Source: an uncultured Methanosarcinales archaeon
Lineage (GTDB): Archaea > Nanobdellota > Nanobdellia > Woesearchaeales > JABIAG01
Reading direction: 5' to 3'
DNA length: 64,000 bases
NCBI GenBank assembly: GCA_964544335.1
Contig: CAZJAJ010000002.1
Span: 78,109-142,108, forward strand
The notes beneath the pieces were generated by a model. It was given only the letters and a program-made list of their open reading frames with translations, did no database searches and was not told the DNA's origin. Of this stretch, positions 10,224 through 20,554 are shown piece by piece. The stretch's first letter is position 1. Each line of letters begins with the position of its first letter. Made by a program: the position numbers and the translations under genes.

Positions 10224-10705
10224 ATTTCCTGTTCTCTACTAAAAGGAATCTCAAGTGTTCCCGTTGGCAATTCAACAAATGCAACACCCTCAATTACAAG
10301 AATATTTTTCTCATCGTTTACAAACGTATTGAGTAAATAACTAACGCCCCCTCCAGCAGCACCTTCCCAACTCACTTGAGCATCTGATTCAACCACTTGT
10401 GTTTGCATACCTTTCAATTGAATCTCAGGAAGACCACTCTCTCCAACACTTTTATTATTCACAAAGAACTCAAGTTCAACTCGATCAATCGTAAGTGGAA
10501 CAAGTTCATTAGGATTAAACACAGAAACCGAATACGTCACATTAATGCCTTCAGAAGAAACACTATCGATCATTACACTCCCAAAAGAAACTTCTGGTGG
10601 CTCAACCAGCGATGGAGCAACAACCCACAATCGTGGAACCACAAATACGAGTGCAACGAGTACAACAAGAATTCCAACAAGCACAAGTGTACTACGCATC
10701 GTCAT
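10220..10705 (-). CDS. LEA type 2 / WHy domain membrane-anchored protein
   Basis: N-terminal TM, VFNPN motif, beta-rich body. Confidence 0.7.
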   Translation of the reverse strand: MTMRSTLVLVGILVVLVALVFVVPRLWVVAPSLVEPPEVSFGSVMIDSVSSEGINVTYSVSVFNPNELVPLTIDRVELEFFVNNKSVGESGLPEIQLKGMQTQVVESDAQVSWEGAAGGGVSYLLNTFVNDEKNILVIEGVAFVELPTGTLEIPFSREQEI

Positions 10706-11648
10706 ACGGTATATTAATACCGTCTCTATTTAAACGTTCTCTATGAAGGTGTAGTTCAAGAGCTTCTCTTTCCTTTCTTTCTTCTTCTATATTATCACGA
10801 AGATAAAAAGCAGGATCTTCAATGTATGTTTTCATTTTACCAAGAGCTTTTTTTTGAATCTGCCGGACTCGCTCTCGTGTTCTACCAATAGTTCTTGAAA
10901 CTTCCTCAAGTGTCTTTGGAATAGTACCATCAAGACCATAGCGCATGCGTAACACTTCTTGTTCTCGTTCATCAAGTAAGAAAAAACATTCATTCATCAC
11001 ATCAATAATATTCTCATCAGAAAGCTGTTCAGAAGGGTTGTCCACATCTGCTGCAACAATCTCTTCTAAACTAAATTCGCTGCCCTGTTCAAGTGGGTCA
11101 TGAAGAGACCGAACAGGTTCAGTAATGGCAGTATCAAGTCGTCTAATGACACCTGGACTAACATCTAAATTCTCATGTTCACCAAGATAGCTAGCCAACA
11201 TTTCATACGAAGGAACCTCTCCATGCTCACGAGTGAGTATTCCTTTAGCACGTTTGATTTTTCGAATCTTATTTGCAGAAGCAACAGGAATTCGAATAAT
11301 TCTACTCTTCTCAAAAATTGCACGTCGCATACCCTGTTTAATCCACCAAGAACCATAAGAAGAAAACTTAGCACCCTTATCAGGATCATATTTCTCAGCA
11401 GCTTTCATAAGACCAATATTTCCTTCAGAAATTAGATCAGGCATAGGAAGACCCATGCCCTTAAAATCATGAGCAATTTTAACCACGAGTCGAAGGTTTC
11501 TCTTAATCAGTTCATCTCTTGCATCAAGATCACCATCACGTGATCTATATCCTAGGATCGTCTCTTCCTCTCTGCTAAGAAGTGGATATTGACCAATATC
11601 TTGCATATATGATCTCATAGCATCATCAGTTGCTTTACCCTTACCCAT
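10692..11648 (-). CDS. Bacterial-type sigma-70 factor (RpoD/RpoS-like, regions 1.2-4, no region 1.1)
   Basis: YMQDIGQYPLLSREEE (1.2), NLRLVVKIA, DLISEGNIGLMKAAEKYDP, KFSSYGSWWIKQ (2), RIIRIPV (3), TLEEVSRTIGRTRERVRQIQ (4.2). Confidence 0.95.
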   Translation of the reverse strand: MGKGKATDDAMRSYMQDIGQYPLLSREEETILGYRSRDGDLDARDELIKRNLRLVVKIAHDFKGMGLPMPDLISEGNIGLMKAAEKYDPDKGAKFSSYGSWWIKQGMRRAIFEKSRIIRIPVASANKIRKIKRAKGILTREHGEVPSYEMLASYLGEHENLDVSPGVIRRLDTAITEPVRSLHDPLEQGSEFSLEEIVAADVDNPSEQLSDENIIDVMNECFFLLDEREQEVLRMRYGLDGTIPKTLEEVSRTIGRTRERVRQIQKKALGKMKTYIEDPAFYLRDNIEEERKEREALELHLHRERLNRDGINIPYDDA

Positions 11649-11707
11649 GAAGAGAAGCAAAGTATCTTCTATTTAAAAAGAATAGTGTGAAAAAGCAAAA
11701 GAAAAAA

Positions 11708-11793
11708 TGCGAGGGACGTGATTCGAACACGCGCATCCACTAAGGAACTAGGCCCTCAACCTAGCGCATTTGACCAGACTCTGCCACCCCCGC
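11708..11793 (-). tRNA. tRNA-Leu(GAG)
   Basis: GCGGGGG/CCCTCGC-A acceptor, CTAGG-TTGAGGG-CCTAG anticodon arm, long variable arm, GTTCGAATC; followed by a T-tract. Confidence 0.95.
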
Positions 11794-11907
11794 AAAGCAC
11801 TTTTAGGGTTAAATAGAGATTTATAAATGTAGTGTTTGGCTCAATCTATCCTCAAACACAACAACCTTTATAAAAAATCAACACAATTTCAACAAAGGTG
11901 ATAACAC

Positions 11908-12327
11908 ATGTCAGTAATTGGAACTAATCTTACAAAAATTAATGTAGAAAGAAACGAACACAATGGAAAACTATCAGTAAAGAATAATCTTAACATCGCA
12001 AACATTACCAAGCTCAACCTAAAACTAGGAAGCACAAAATCAAGCGGTGTACGAATAAAATTCCATTACAATGCAATCTGGGAACCAAAAGCAGCAACCC
12101 TACTCATTGAAGGGGAAGTAATGTACTTGGCAGATGAAAAAACAACCGAAGAAATTCTTGACAACTGGAAGAAGAAAAAACCAATCAAAGCAGAAATCAT
12201 GACTCCAGTAATGAATAGTGCGCTTAGAAAATCAACTATTCAAGCACTCGTTCTATCTCAAGAAATGAACCTGCCAAGCCCAATTAAGTTACCAAGAGTA
12301 ACTGCAAACAAAGACAAAAAGAAATAG
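11908..12327 (+). CDS. Conserved archaeal hypothetical protein (possibly SecB-like fold)
   Basis: GGTGAT RBS, 139 aa, ends LSQEMNLPSPIKLP; fold assignment tentative. Confidence 0.6.
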   Translation: MSVIGTNLTKINVERNEHNGKLSVKNNLNIANITKLNLKLGSTKSSGVRIKFHYNAIWEPKAATLLIEGEVMYLADEKTTEEILDNWKKKKPIKAEIMTPVMNSALRKSTIQALVLSQEMNLPSPIKLPRVTANKDKKK

Positions 12328-12434
12328 ATTCTTTTTCTTTTCATATCTTTTTTCTTATTCTCTAATTATTCTCGAAAATTTACCTATCATTCACACCAGT
12401 AATCTTTTTAAAAACAGGTGACCTCACGTCAACC

Positions 12435-14711
12435 ATGGCCAAAGGAGAAGTTTCCCTAAAAGTTGCAGAAGCAATTCAGGACGATGTAAACAAAGGTATC
12501 GTGCGAATAGATACCTCATTCATGAAAGACATCGAAGTAAACCCGGGCGATATTATCGAAATAGAGGGCGAGAGAAAAACCGTTGGCATTGTAGACAGAG
12601 CATACCCAGGTGATCTTGGACTAGACATCATTCGAATGGATGGTCTTATGCGAAGAAACGCAAAAACCGGCCTTGGTGAATCAGTAAAGGTGCGAAAAGC
12701 GCAAGTAAAAGAAGCAAAGAAAATCACCATTGCTCCAGCACGAAAAGGAATTGTTGTAAGAGCATCACCAAACACGTTTAGAAGAGGACTACTTGGACGA
12801 GCAGTAGTAAAAGGTGACATCATTTCTCTTGGCGGCGTAAAACGTCGAAGAGCAACCATGGCAGACAACGAATTCTTTGACAAAGTATTCTCCATGCAAG
12901 AAGATCACTACTCATCATTCTTTGCAGATCTCAAATTCATCGTAGTGTCCTGTGACGTAAAAGGACCTGCAATCATTACAGAAAACACAGAAGTCGTACT
13001 TAATCCAGAATCAGTTGAAGTAAAAGAAGATGAAGTCCCAGATGTATCCTATGAAGACATCGGTGGTCTTGATGTTGAACTCAAAAAAGTTCGTGAAATG
13101 ATTGAGCTTCCACTCAAGCACCCAGAACTCTTTGAACGTCTTGGTATCGAGCCACCAAAAGGTGTACTCATGCACGGACCACCAGGAACAGGTAAGACCC
13201 TACTTGCAAAAGCAGTAGCAAATGAAACCAATGCAAACTTCATCCTCATTAACGGACCAGAAATCATGTCCAAATTCTATGGTGAATCAGAAGCAAACCT
13301 GCGAAAGAAATTCGAAGAAGCAGAAAAAAACGCACCATCCATCATTTTCATTGACGAAATAGATGCCATTGCATCAAAACGTGAAGAAACACAAGGCGAA
13401 GTAGAAAAACGAGTGGTAGCACAAATGCTTGCCCTCATGGATGGCCTCAACAGCAGAGGAAAAGTAGTAGTTATTGCAGCATCAAATATTCCAAACGCAC
13501 TTGATCCAGCACTTCGAAGACCTGGACGATTTGACAGAGAACTTGAAATTGGTGTTCCAGGACAAGAAGCACGACATGAAATTCTTAAAATTCACACACG
13601 AAACATGCCGCTTGAAAATGATGTAGACTTACAAGACATCTCAAGTGTCACACATGGATTTGTAGGTGCAGACATTTCAGCACTTGCAAAAGAAGCAGCA
13701 ATGATTGTCCTTCGAAGAGTCTTCCCAGATATTCAATCAAAAGAAGAAGACGAACCCATCCCAAGAGAAATTCTTGACAAACTCATCATCACCCATGCAG
13801 ATTTCTACGAAGCACTCAAAGTCGTAAGACCAAGTGCAATGAGAGAAGTACTTGTTGAAGTACCAAATATTCCTTGGACAAAAGTTGGTGGACTTGAAGA
13901 AATCAGGCAAGAACTCACCGAAGCAGTAGAGTGGCCACTAAAGAAACCAGAAAGTTTCAAACGACTTGGAATCAAACCACCTCGAGGTGTACTCCTCTAT
14001 GGTCCACCTGGAACAGGTAAAACTCTACTTGCAAAAGCAGTAGCAACAGAAACTCAAGCAAATTTCATTGCTGTAAAAGGACCAGAGCTCCTTAGCAAAT
14101 GGGTAGGTGAATCTGAAAAAGCAGTGCGAGAAGTATTCAAAAAAGCACGCCAAACATCACCAACAATTATCTTCTTTGATGAAATTGATGCAATAGCACC
14201 ACGAAGAGATAGCAATCAAGACTCCAAAGTAACCGAGCGAGTAGTAAACCAACTCCTCACTGAAATGGATGGCCTTGAAGAACTCCATGACGTAATCGTA
14301 ATTGCAGCAACAAACAGACCAGACATCATGGATGGAGCACTCTTAAGACCTGGACGTTTTGATCGAATAGTACTCACTGCAGTACCAAATGAAGAAGCAA
14401 GACAACAAATCTTTAGCGTGCATGCAAAAGATATCCCATTAAAAGATGTAGACCTCAAAGAACTTGCAAAAAAAGCAGAGGGGTATGTTGGAGCAGATAT
14501 CGAAGCAGTATGCAGAGAAGCTGCCATGTTTGCACTACGTGAAAACGAACAAGCAAATGAAGTAACCATGGAACACTTTACCAAAGCACTACAAAAAGTA
14601 CGTCCATCAGTAACCAAAGAAATCGAAGAAATGTATAAAAACATAGAAGGCCAATTTAAAATGGCAAAAGCAAATGAGATGAAAGATCATCTGACAAATT
14701 ACTACGGATAA
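12435..14711 (+). CDS. cdc48: CDC48/VCP (VAT) AAA ATPase
   Basis: N-domain plus two AAA modules (GPPGTGKT twice, DEID, RPGRFDR). Confidence 0.97.
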   Translation: MAKGEVSLKVAEAIQDDVNKGIVRIDTSFMKDIEVNPGDIIEIEGERKTVGIVDRAYPGDLGLDIIRMDGLMRRNAKTGLGESVKVRKAQVKEAKKITIAPARKGIVVRASPNTFRRGLLGRAVVKGDIISLGGVKRRRATMADNEFFDKVFSMQEDHYSSFFADLKFIVVSCDVKGPAIITENTEVVLNPESVEVKEDEVPDVSYEDIGGLDVELKKVREMIELPLKHPELFERLGIEPPKGVLMHGPPGTGKTLLAKAVANETNANFILINGPEIMSKFYGESEANLRKKFEEAEKNAPSIIFIDEIDAIASKREETQGEVEKRVVAQMLALMDGLNSRGKVVVIAASNIPNALDPALRRPGRFDRELEIGVPGQEARHEILKIHTRNMPLENDVDLQDISSVTHGFVGADISALAKEAAMIVLRRVFPDIQSKEEDEPIPREILDKLIITHADFYEALKVVRPSAMREVLVEVPNIPWTKVGGLEEIRQELTEAVEWPLKKPESFKRLGIKPPRGVLLYGPPGTGKTLLAKAVATETQANFIAVKGPELLSKWVGESEKAVREVFKKARQTSPTIIFFDEIDAIAPRRDSNQDSKVTERVVNQLLTEMDGLEELHDVIVIAATNRPDIMDGALLRPGRFDRIVLTAVPNEEARQQIFSVHAKDIPLKDVDLKELAKKAEGYVGADIEAVCREAAMFALRENEQANEVTMEHFTKALQKVRPSVTKEIEEMYKNIEGQFKMAKANEMKDHLTNYYG

Positions 14712-15019
14712 TGAAACTATCAACTACAGAAAACATTGGACAATCCTATGAAATACTAGGAGTTGTAGAAGGCAACGTCATACAAACACGTCACATTGGA
14801 AGAGATCTCATGGCAGGTCTCAAAACCATTGTTGGTGGAGAAATTAAATCATACACAGACATGATGACAAAGGCAAGAGACACCGCGCAAGAACGAATGA
14901 TTGAGCAAGCAAAAGAACTTGGTGCAGATGCAATTGTCAACATCAGATTTGCAACAGCAGACATTCTACAAGGAGCAGCAGAAGTACTTGCATACGGGAC
15001 TGCAGTTAAACTAAAATGA
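14711..15019 (+). CDS. YbjQ / UPF0145 family protein
   Basis: GRDLMAGLKTIVGGEIKSY, LGADAIVNIRF, AYGTAV. Confidence 0.92.
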   Translation: MKLSTTENIGQSYEILGVVEGNVIQTRHIGRDLMAGLKTIVGGEIKSYTDMMTKARDTAQERMIEQAKELGADAIVNIRFATADILQGAAEVLAYGTAVKLK

Positions 15020-15741
15020 CCACAGCAAAAGAAATCGTAGAGTTCCTAGATGAACAATTAGAATCAAGATCAATTGAAGATGCATCAAATAATGGACTAC
15101 AGGTAGGAAACCCAAATAAGAACATTGAGAAAATAGGATTTGCTGTTGATGCAACTCTTGACACATTCAAAAAAGCAAAAGAAAAAGGATGTGATATGCT
15201 CATAACACACCACGGAATCAGCTGGGGAGATTCATTAAAACACATCACAGGAAATAACTTTGATCGTATCTCATTCTTAACACAAAATGATCTTGCACTC
15301 GTAGCATATCATCTTCCACTTGACCTCTCAATGAAATACGGGAATAATGCAGTACTTGCACAACATCTTGATCTAAGAAAAGTAAAACCATTCTCATATG
15401 GTATTACAGGCGAGCTAAAAAAAGAACTCACCATAAAACAACTCGGCCTTCTCCTCAACAAAGTGTGCAACACCAACTGTAAAATATTTGCACACGGAAA
15501 AGAAATCATCCGATCACTAGCAATTATTTCAGGTTCAGGATCAAAAATGACGGAGCAAGCATCCCATGTAGCTGATGCATTCATCACGGGCGACCTTGCC
15601 TACGGTATGCAGCACGTTGCAAAGGAAGTGAAAACAAACCTTGTACTTGCAGGACACTATGAAACCGAAACCTTTGGTCTAAGAGCACTCAGCCCTCTAC
15701 TGAAGAAGAAGTTTCCTGTAGATACCCTCTTCATAGAATAA
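15016..15741 (+). CDS. Nif3-like (YbgI) dinuclear metal protein
   Basis: NGLQV, THHG, YHLPLD, GNN, TGD, AGHYETE. Confidence 0.92.
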   Translation: MTTAKEIVEFLDEQLESRSIEDASNNGLQVGNPNKNIEKIGFAVDATLDTFKKAKEKGCDMLITHHGISWGDSLKHITGNNFDRISFLTQNDLALVAYHLPLDLSMKYGNNAVLAQHLDLRKVKPFSYGITGELKKELTIKQLGLLLNKVCNTNCKIFAHGKEIIRSLAIISGSGSKMTEQASHVADAFITGDLAYGMQHVAKEVKTNLVLAGHYETETFGLRALSPLLKKKFPVDTLFIE

Positions 15742-15775
15742 AAATGTTTAAAAGCTAAATCTCTTTAATACGATC

Positions 15776-16831
15776 ATGGCATCCATAGAACAACTACTTA
15801 TATTTAACAATCAGTGGGCAAACGCAGCACTTATTTTCTTTACCTTTGTTATCGTAGGGCAAATCTTTCTCTGGATAACAAAGAACATTGTACTACATGC
15901 AACAAGAAAAACAAAAACACAATTAGATGACCTTGTTGTAGAAGCTGCTCAAAAACCACTCTTCTGGATCATCACACTCTTTGGTTTTAAAGTAACCGTC
16001 AACGTTCTAGGATCTGCATTTACATACATAGACATACTCAATAATATTGTAAATACAGCAATCTACATCGTAGTAATTATCCTCATCTCACGTATTTTTA
16101 ATGCAATCATCATGTCATGGGGACAATCATTTGCATCAAAAACAAAATCACAAGCAGATGATACCATCCTACTCTTACTACACAAAGGAATCGCAATCAC
16201 TATTTGGGTACTTGGTTCACTCTACATTCTTAGCACATGGGGTATTCAAATAACACCGCTTCTAGCATCACTTGGTGTTGCAGGTATCGCAATTGCATTT
16301 GCTCTGCAAGAAACACTATCTAACATCTTTGGTGGTATCTCTGTAATCCTTGATAAGAATCTCTATGTGGGCGAAGTCATTGACATTGGTGGAGATGGCA
16401 CTAAAAAAGGAACCGTAATGGACATTGGCATGCGATCAACCAAAATCAAAACCTTCGATAATGAAGAAATGATTGTACCAAACAGCCAAGTAGCAAACTC
16501 AGTACTCATTAATGCAGCAGAACCCTCCAAATCAGTTCGTGTAGTTATTCCATTTGGAGTTGCATATGGATCAGATCCAGACAAAGTAAAGAAACTGGTA
16601 CTTGACGCACTCGTAAAATATATTCCTGACATCATGGAAGACCCAGAACCAAGCGTAAAGTTCCTTGAAATGGCTGACTCTTCACTTAACTTCAAAGCAT
16701 ACTTTTACATCAAAGACTACAAAAAGAAACTAGGGACAATAGATCTTGCAAACACCGTAGTATACAAAATACTCAATAAAAACAAGATCGAGATCCCATT
16801 CCCACAAATGGATGTGCACATAAGGAAATGA
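15776..16831 (+). CDS. mscS: Small-conductance mechanosensitive channel
   Basis: ASLGVAGIAIAFALQETLSN, IGMRSTKI, VPNS, IEIPFPQ. Confidence 0.92.
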   Translation: MASIEQLLIFNNQWANAALIFFTFVIVGQIFLWITKNIVLHATRKTKTQLDDLVVEAAQKPLFWIITLFGFKVTVNVLGSAFTYIDILNNIVNTAIYIVVIILISRIFNAIIMSWGQSFASKTKSQADDTILLLLHKGIAITIWVLGSLYILSTWGIQITPLLASLGVAGIAIAFALQETLSNIFGGISVILDKNLYVGEVIDIGGDGTKKGTVMDIGMRSTKIKTFDNEEMIVPNSQVANSVLINAAEPSKSVRVVIPFGVAYGSDPDKVKKLVLDALVKYIPDIMEDPEPSVKFLEMADSSLNFKAYFYIKDYKKKLGTIDLANTVVYKILNKNKIEIPFPQMDVHIRK

Positions 16832-17421
16832 ACGACGAAAAGAAAATATCATTAAAACTTTCTTTTGCTATTTTTGTATGTTTAATAGGAATCCCTTATG
16901 CTGCCAGATTATTCATTGAAATTTTAGGGAGGATACACATACCATTCGTAGTGACGGCACTCTTGCCTGTTTTTTTAATATGTTTCATCGTAGTATTAAT
17001 CTCTTTTATTCCTATGACTCTCTTACTCTTGCCGCTTGAAGAAATTAATCCAGGAGTAGACCTTCTAGATACAGCAGGCTATCTGCAGTATGAACCTACT
17101 CTTTTAGGATACATAGTGTATGCCGTAGTAATTTGCCTGGCAATTCTTTTTGGAAATCTCTACGTATGGTATGGTGATAGAGTGGCAGAAAAAATAGGCA
17201 GAATGTCAACTCAATTATTCTCATGCGCATACATAAAAGCATACGCCTTTGCGCTTATTGCAATAGATATACTCTCTTTTCTTGTACTAGTTGCCTTAGA
17301 ACTAATAGGAATTCGTGAAGGCATCTTGGTATCTACTATTACGTGGATTTCTGCAATAGGTTTTTTACTATTGATCCCAACAGGAATACTCTTTCTAATC
17401 AAATATCTAAAAAGAAGATAA
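16828..17421 (+). CDS. Hypothetical multi-pass membrane protein
   Basis: About 5 hydrophobic segments; overlaps the mscS stop. Confidence 0.6.
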   Translation: MNDEKKISLKLSFAIFVCLIGIPYAARLFIEILGRIHIPFVVTALLPVFLICFIVVLISFIPMTLLLLPLEEINPGVDLLDTAGYLQYEPTLLGYIVYAVVICLAILFGNLYVWYGDRVAEKIGRMSTQLFSCAYIKAYAFALIAIDILSFLVLVALELIGIREGILVSTITWISAIGFLLLIPTGILFLIKYLKRR

Positions 17422-17451
17422 TTTATATACAATTTTCATATATCTTCAAGT

Positions 17452-18318
17452 ATGATTAAACAAATTCTATCAAAACACGAAGATCTCTTTGGAAAGAATC
17501 CAGTCTATAAAGAGATAGGGTCTGGTGAAAATCACACTAATTACAAAATTGGAAAATACGTACTTCGTATATCAAGATCCAAATGGGCAGATTTACCAAA
17601 GGAGTTTGAATCTCTTAAGAAACTTCCAAATGGTTTAGGACCAAAGCCCATCTATTTGGGAAAAAATTATCTCATTCTTTCATATGTTGAGGGAAAGCAT
17701 GTATATAGATGGAGAGATAAACACGTAAAACAAGTAGCAAGAGAGTTTAAACGTATCCACAAGAAAAAATATGAATACACGACAGTTCACAAAAGAAAAA
17801 CCAAATGCATAAATATACTTAAGCTATTTCAAGAAGAAGTAAAAGAATACAAATCCTCGCTAAAAGACCCATATGTTAAAATAGCGTATAATTTACTCAA
17901 AAAAAGGAACCAACAAATAAATAACGTATCTGCCTTTTCTCAAGTGCATGGAGATCCAAATATCCCAAATATCTTATTCTCAAAAGAAGGAGCAAAGTTC
18001 ATTGATTTTGAGTGGGCAAAGATTTCGGATCCTGCATCTGATATTGGATCCCTTTACCGTATATATGCAGTATATCCGTGGAATCCAAAATTTACTGATG
18101 AAAAATTAAATTTTTTCCTAAAAGAATACGGAAACACTTCAAGAGAATTTAAAGAAAGAGTATGTACTTGGAACATATTGCACGTATGTCTTGATTACTT
18201 ATTTTTCTCATGGATGATTTCATCAAAACGAGAAATGCCTAAAAATATGTCTAATGAGTATTACGTAAATGGAAAAGAAAAAGCAATGAAAACACTTAAG
18301 CACTTTCAAAACGCTTAG
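17452..18318 (+). CDS. Aminoglycoside phosphotransferase / choline kinase family protein
   Basis: [34 protein letters not shown]. Confidence 0.8.
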   Translation: MIKQILSKHEDLFGKNPVYKEIGSGENHTNYKIGKYVLRISRSKWADLPKEFESLKKLPNGLGPKPIYLGKNYLILSYVEGKHVYRWRDKHVKQVAREFKRIHKKKYEYTTVHKRKTKCINILKLFQEEVKEYKSSLKDPYVKIAYNLLKKRNQQINNVSAFSQVHGDPNIPNILFSKEGAKFIDFEWAKISDPASDIGSLYRIYAVYPWNPKFTDEKLNFFLKEYGNTSREFKERVCTWNILHVCLDYLFFSWMISSKREMPKNMSNEYYVNGKEKAMKTLKHFQNA

Positions 18319-18895
18319 CAACTTCTTCCCAATTTACTACATTCCAAAATGCAGCAATATAATCAGGTCGTTTATTCTGATAGTTCAGATAGTATGCATG
18401 TTCCCACACATCAAGACCTAAAACAGGAATCTTCCCCTCACTAATAGGACTGTCTTGATTTGCAGTACTCATCACAGCAAGCTTTCCATCAGCAACAACA
18501 AGCCATGCCCATCCGGAACCAAATCGTGTTGCAGCAGCCTTCTCAAACGCTTCCTTAAACGCATCAAAGCTACCAAATGATTCAGTAATAGCATCAGCAA
18601 GTTTCCCTTCAGGAGCGCCACCCCCATTTGGACTCATAATGCTCCAAAATAATCTATGGTTGCTATGTCCGCCACCGTTGTTTCTAACAGCAGTTCTAAT
18701 ACCATCAGGAACAGCAGATAAATCTTTCAATAACTCATCAACATCCTTCTCTGCAAGATCGCTTCCCTCTAGTGCAGCATTAAGTTTATTCACATATCCT
18801 GCATGATGTTTATCGTGATGGATCTCCATCGTACGCGCATCAATGTGCGGTTCAAGTGCAGAAAATTCGTATGGTAAATTTGGTAATGTATTCAT
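18296..18895 (-). CDS. sodA: Mn/Fe superoxide dismutase
   Basis: [42 protein letters not shown]. Confidence 0.97.
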   Translation of the reverse strand: MNTLPNLPYEFSALEPHIDARTMEIHHDKHHAGYVNKLNAALEGSDLAEKDVDELLKDLSAVPDGIRTAVRNNGGGHSNHRLFWSIMSPNGGGAPEGKLADAITESFGSFDAFKEAFEKAAATRFGSGWAWLVVADGKLAVMSTANQDSPISEGKIPVLGLDVWEHAYYLNYQNKRPDYIAAFWNVVNWEEVAKRFESA

Positions 18896-18930
18896 AATAA
18901 TCCCTCCATTATTAAGGTAAAAAGCACCAA

Positions 18931-20001
18931 TTATAAGTCTTTCTGTGCTTGAGGCAATCGTACCGTAAACGTAGTACCTTCATCAACTTCAGACACACAA
19001 TGAATCTCTCCATCATGTGCACAAACAATTTCTCTACAGCTGTACAGCCCAAGACCCGTTCCATTTTCTTTTCCAAAAGTGGCATATGGTTCAAAAATAA
19101 TTGGCAGATGCACAGCTGAAATACCACAGCCCGTATCTTTAACTTCATATACAACACAATCATCTTCATCTATGCAACTAAAGGTGATGAGTCCTGTATG
19201 ATTACCAAAGCTTTCTCTTGCATTTTTCACAAGATTCACAAATACGTCTTCTATTTTTGTTTGGTCAACACAAACTAGTGATTGTGATCGTCCTCTGGTA
19301 AATAAATCAACGCCTTCTTTCCTAAATAAGTTTGTATAACGATCCTTCATCGCATCAACAAAATAATTGGCCCCAATAAATGCTCTCTCATAGGTACGCT
19401 TCCCTCTAAGATCTTCCATAACATTATTAAGTCGTGCAACAGATCGTTCATAGGCATCAATGATTTGTTGCACATCTTCTCTTTGCTCCTCACTAATATT
19501 ATCTTCGAGAAGGAAACGTGCATAATTTCCGACGGGCATAAGTAAATTTCTCATATCATGTAGTGCCCTATCTACATGAAATCGTGTCTGTTGTGCTTCT
19601 TCCAAAAGTTCCATCTGATCACTAATGTCATCAACCCATCCTTGCACTCTATTATCATTTCGAAGAACTCTACTATTAATTCTTCCAACAAACGTAGAAT
19701 CACATCCATAGTGGGCAAATCGTGAAGATACATGTATCTCTCCATTAGAAATAAGCTCATTAAGACACACTTCTCTATGTTGTTTATCTATCCAAAGTTC
19801 TTTTGGAAGCACACTCTCGCGAAGCATTCTTTTTACATCGGCTCGAGCAATTCTAAAACGTTCTTCAGAAGCATAGTGGTCTTTTGGACCAAGAAAATAT
19901 CGCACCAATTGATCATTACACACAACAGGACCACTAAATGGATCAATACCATCATTTATTTCAAAAAATCCAATATTTGCGTGCTCTTCGGTGGAATACA
20001 T
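18931..20001 (-). CDS. Soluble sensor histidine kinase (HisKA + HATPase_c)
   Basis: LHDMRNLL H-box, NLVKNA, DTGCGI, FEPY, GTGLGL, GTTF. Confidence 0.9.
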   Translation of the reverse strand: MYSTEEHANIGFFEINDGIDPFSGPVVCNDQLVRYFLGPKDHYASEERFRIARADVKRMLRESVLPKELWIDKQHREVCLNELISNGEIHVSSRFAHYGCDSTFVGRINSRVLRNDNRVQGWVDDISDQMELLEEAQQTRFHVDRALHDMRNLLMPVGNYARFLLEDNISEEQREDVQQIIDAYERSVARLNNVMEDLRGKRTYERAFIGANYFVDAMKDRYTNLFRKEGVDLFTRGRSQSLVCVDQTKIEDVFVNLVKNARESFGNHTGLITFSCIDEDDCVVYEVKDTGCGISAVHLPIIFEPYATFGKENGTGLGLYSCREIVCAHDGEIHCVSEVDEGTTFTVRLPQAQKDL

Positions 20002-20036
20002 GCAAGAAGATAACGCGTATAATTATTTAAAGAGTT

Positions 20037-20327
20037 CTACTCCTCATCAATTCGAGCAAGCGTAACATCAATAGTACTCACACGTACCATCTTGCCCTCA
20101 TCATTCTCAAACTCTTCACTATCAAGGTGCACATCTTTTACTACAACCTTATTCTCAAGAAATCGTTTCTGAGCAACCATGACAACATCCACTGCTCGGT
20201 TAATAAATTTCCCACGTGCACGCACAACAACTTCCTGTGCATCTTTAGTGGTAAACTGCATAACAATTGCAGTAACATAATTCATGAATGGTCTATTGCC
20301 AATAAAAATAGAATTTTCAGAGCTCAT
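20037..20327 (-). CDS. albA: DNA/RNA-binding protein Alba
   Basis: IFIGNRPFMNYV, RARGKFINRAVDV, VSTIDV. Confidence 0.93.
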   Translation of the reverse strand: MSSENSIFIGNRPFMNYVTAIVMQFTTKDAQEVVVRARGKFINRAVDVVMVAQKRFLENKVVVKDVHLDSEEFENDEGKMVRVSTIDVTLARIDEE

Positions 20328-20512
20328 TGTTTAGCTTTAACAAGCCGAGTAATGTATCCAGTAATCACATTACGCATTTTTTTACTCTCAAATGTAGCAA
20401 CTTCTTGCACAGCTTCTTTGTTCTTACTAAAGTCTTTAGTGAACTTCGTAGGGTGTGCAGCCAAGATTTCTCTTGTCTTTCTCTTGATTAATGCGGTTTT
20501 GATACGTCCCAT
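20324..20512 (-). CDS. rps17e: 30S ribosomal protein S17e (eS17)
   Basis: MGRIKT...FTKDFSKNK...SKKMRNVITGYITR. Confidence 0.95.
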   Translation of the reverse strand: MGRIKTALIKRKTREILAAHPTKFTKDFSKNKEAVQEVATFESKKMRNVITGYITRLVKAKQ

Positions 20513-20554
20513 ACTCCCAAGAAGCCCAAGTTGATTTATAAAGTTAACGCTTAC

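Noticed and set aside
13051..13070. Genome-wide reassignment of ATC/ATT to Ser
   Set aside because: Conserved Ile positions use these codons (e.g. Cdc48 DIGGL).
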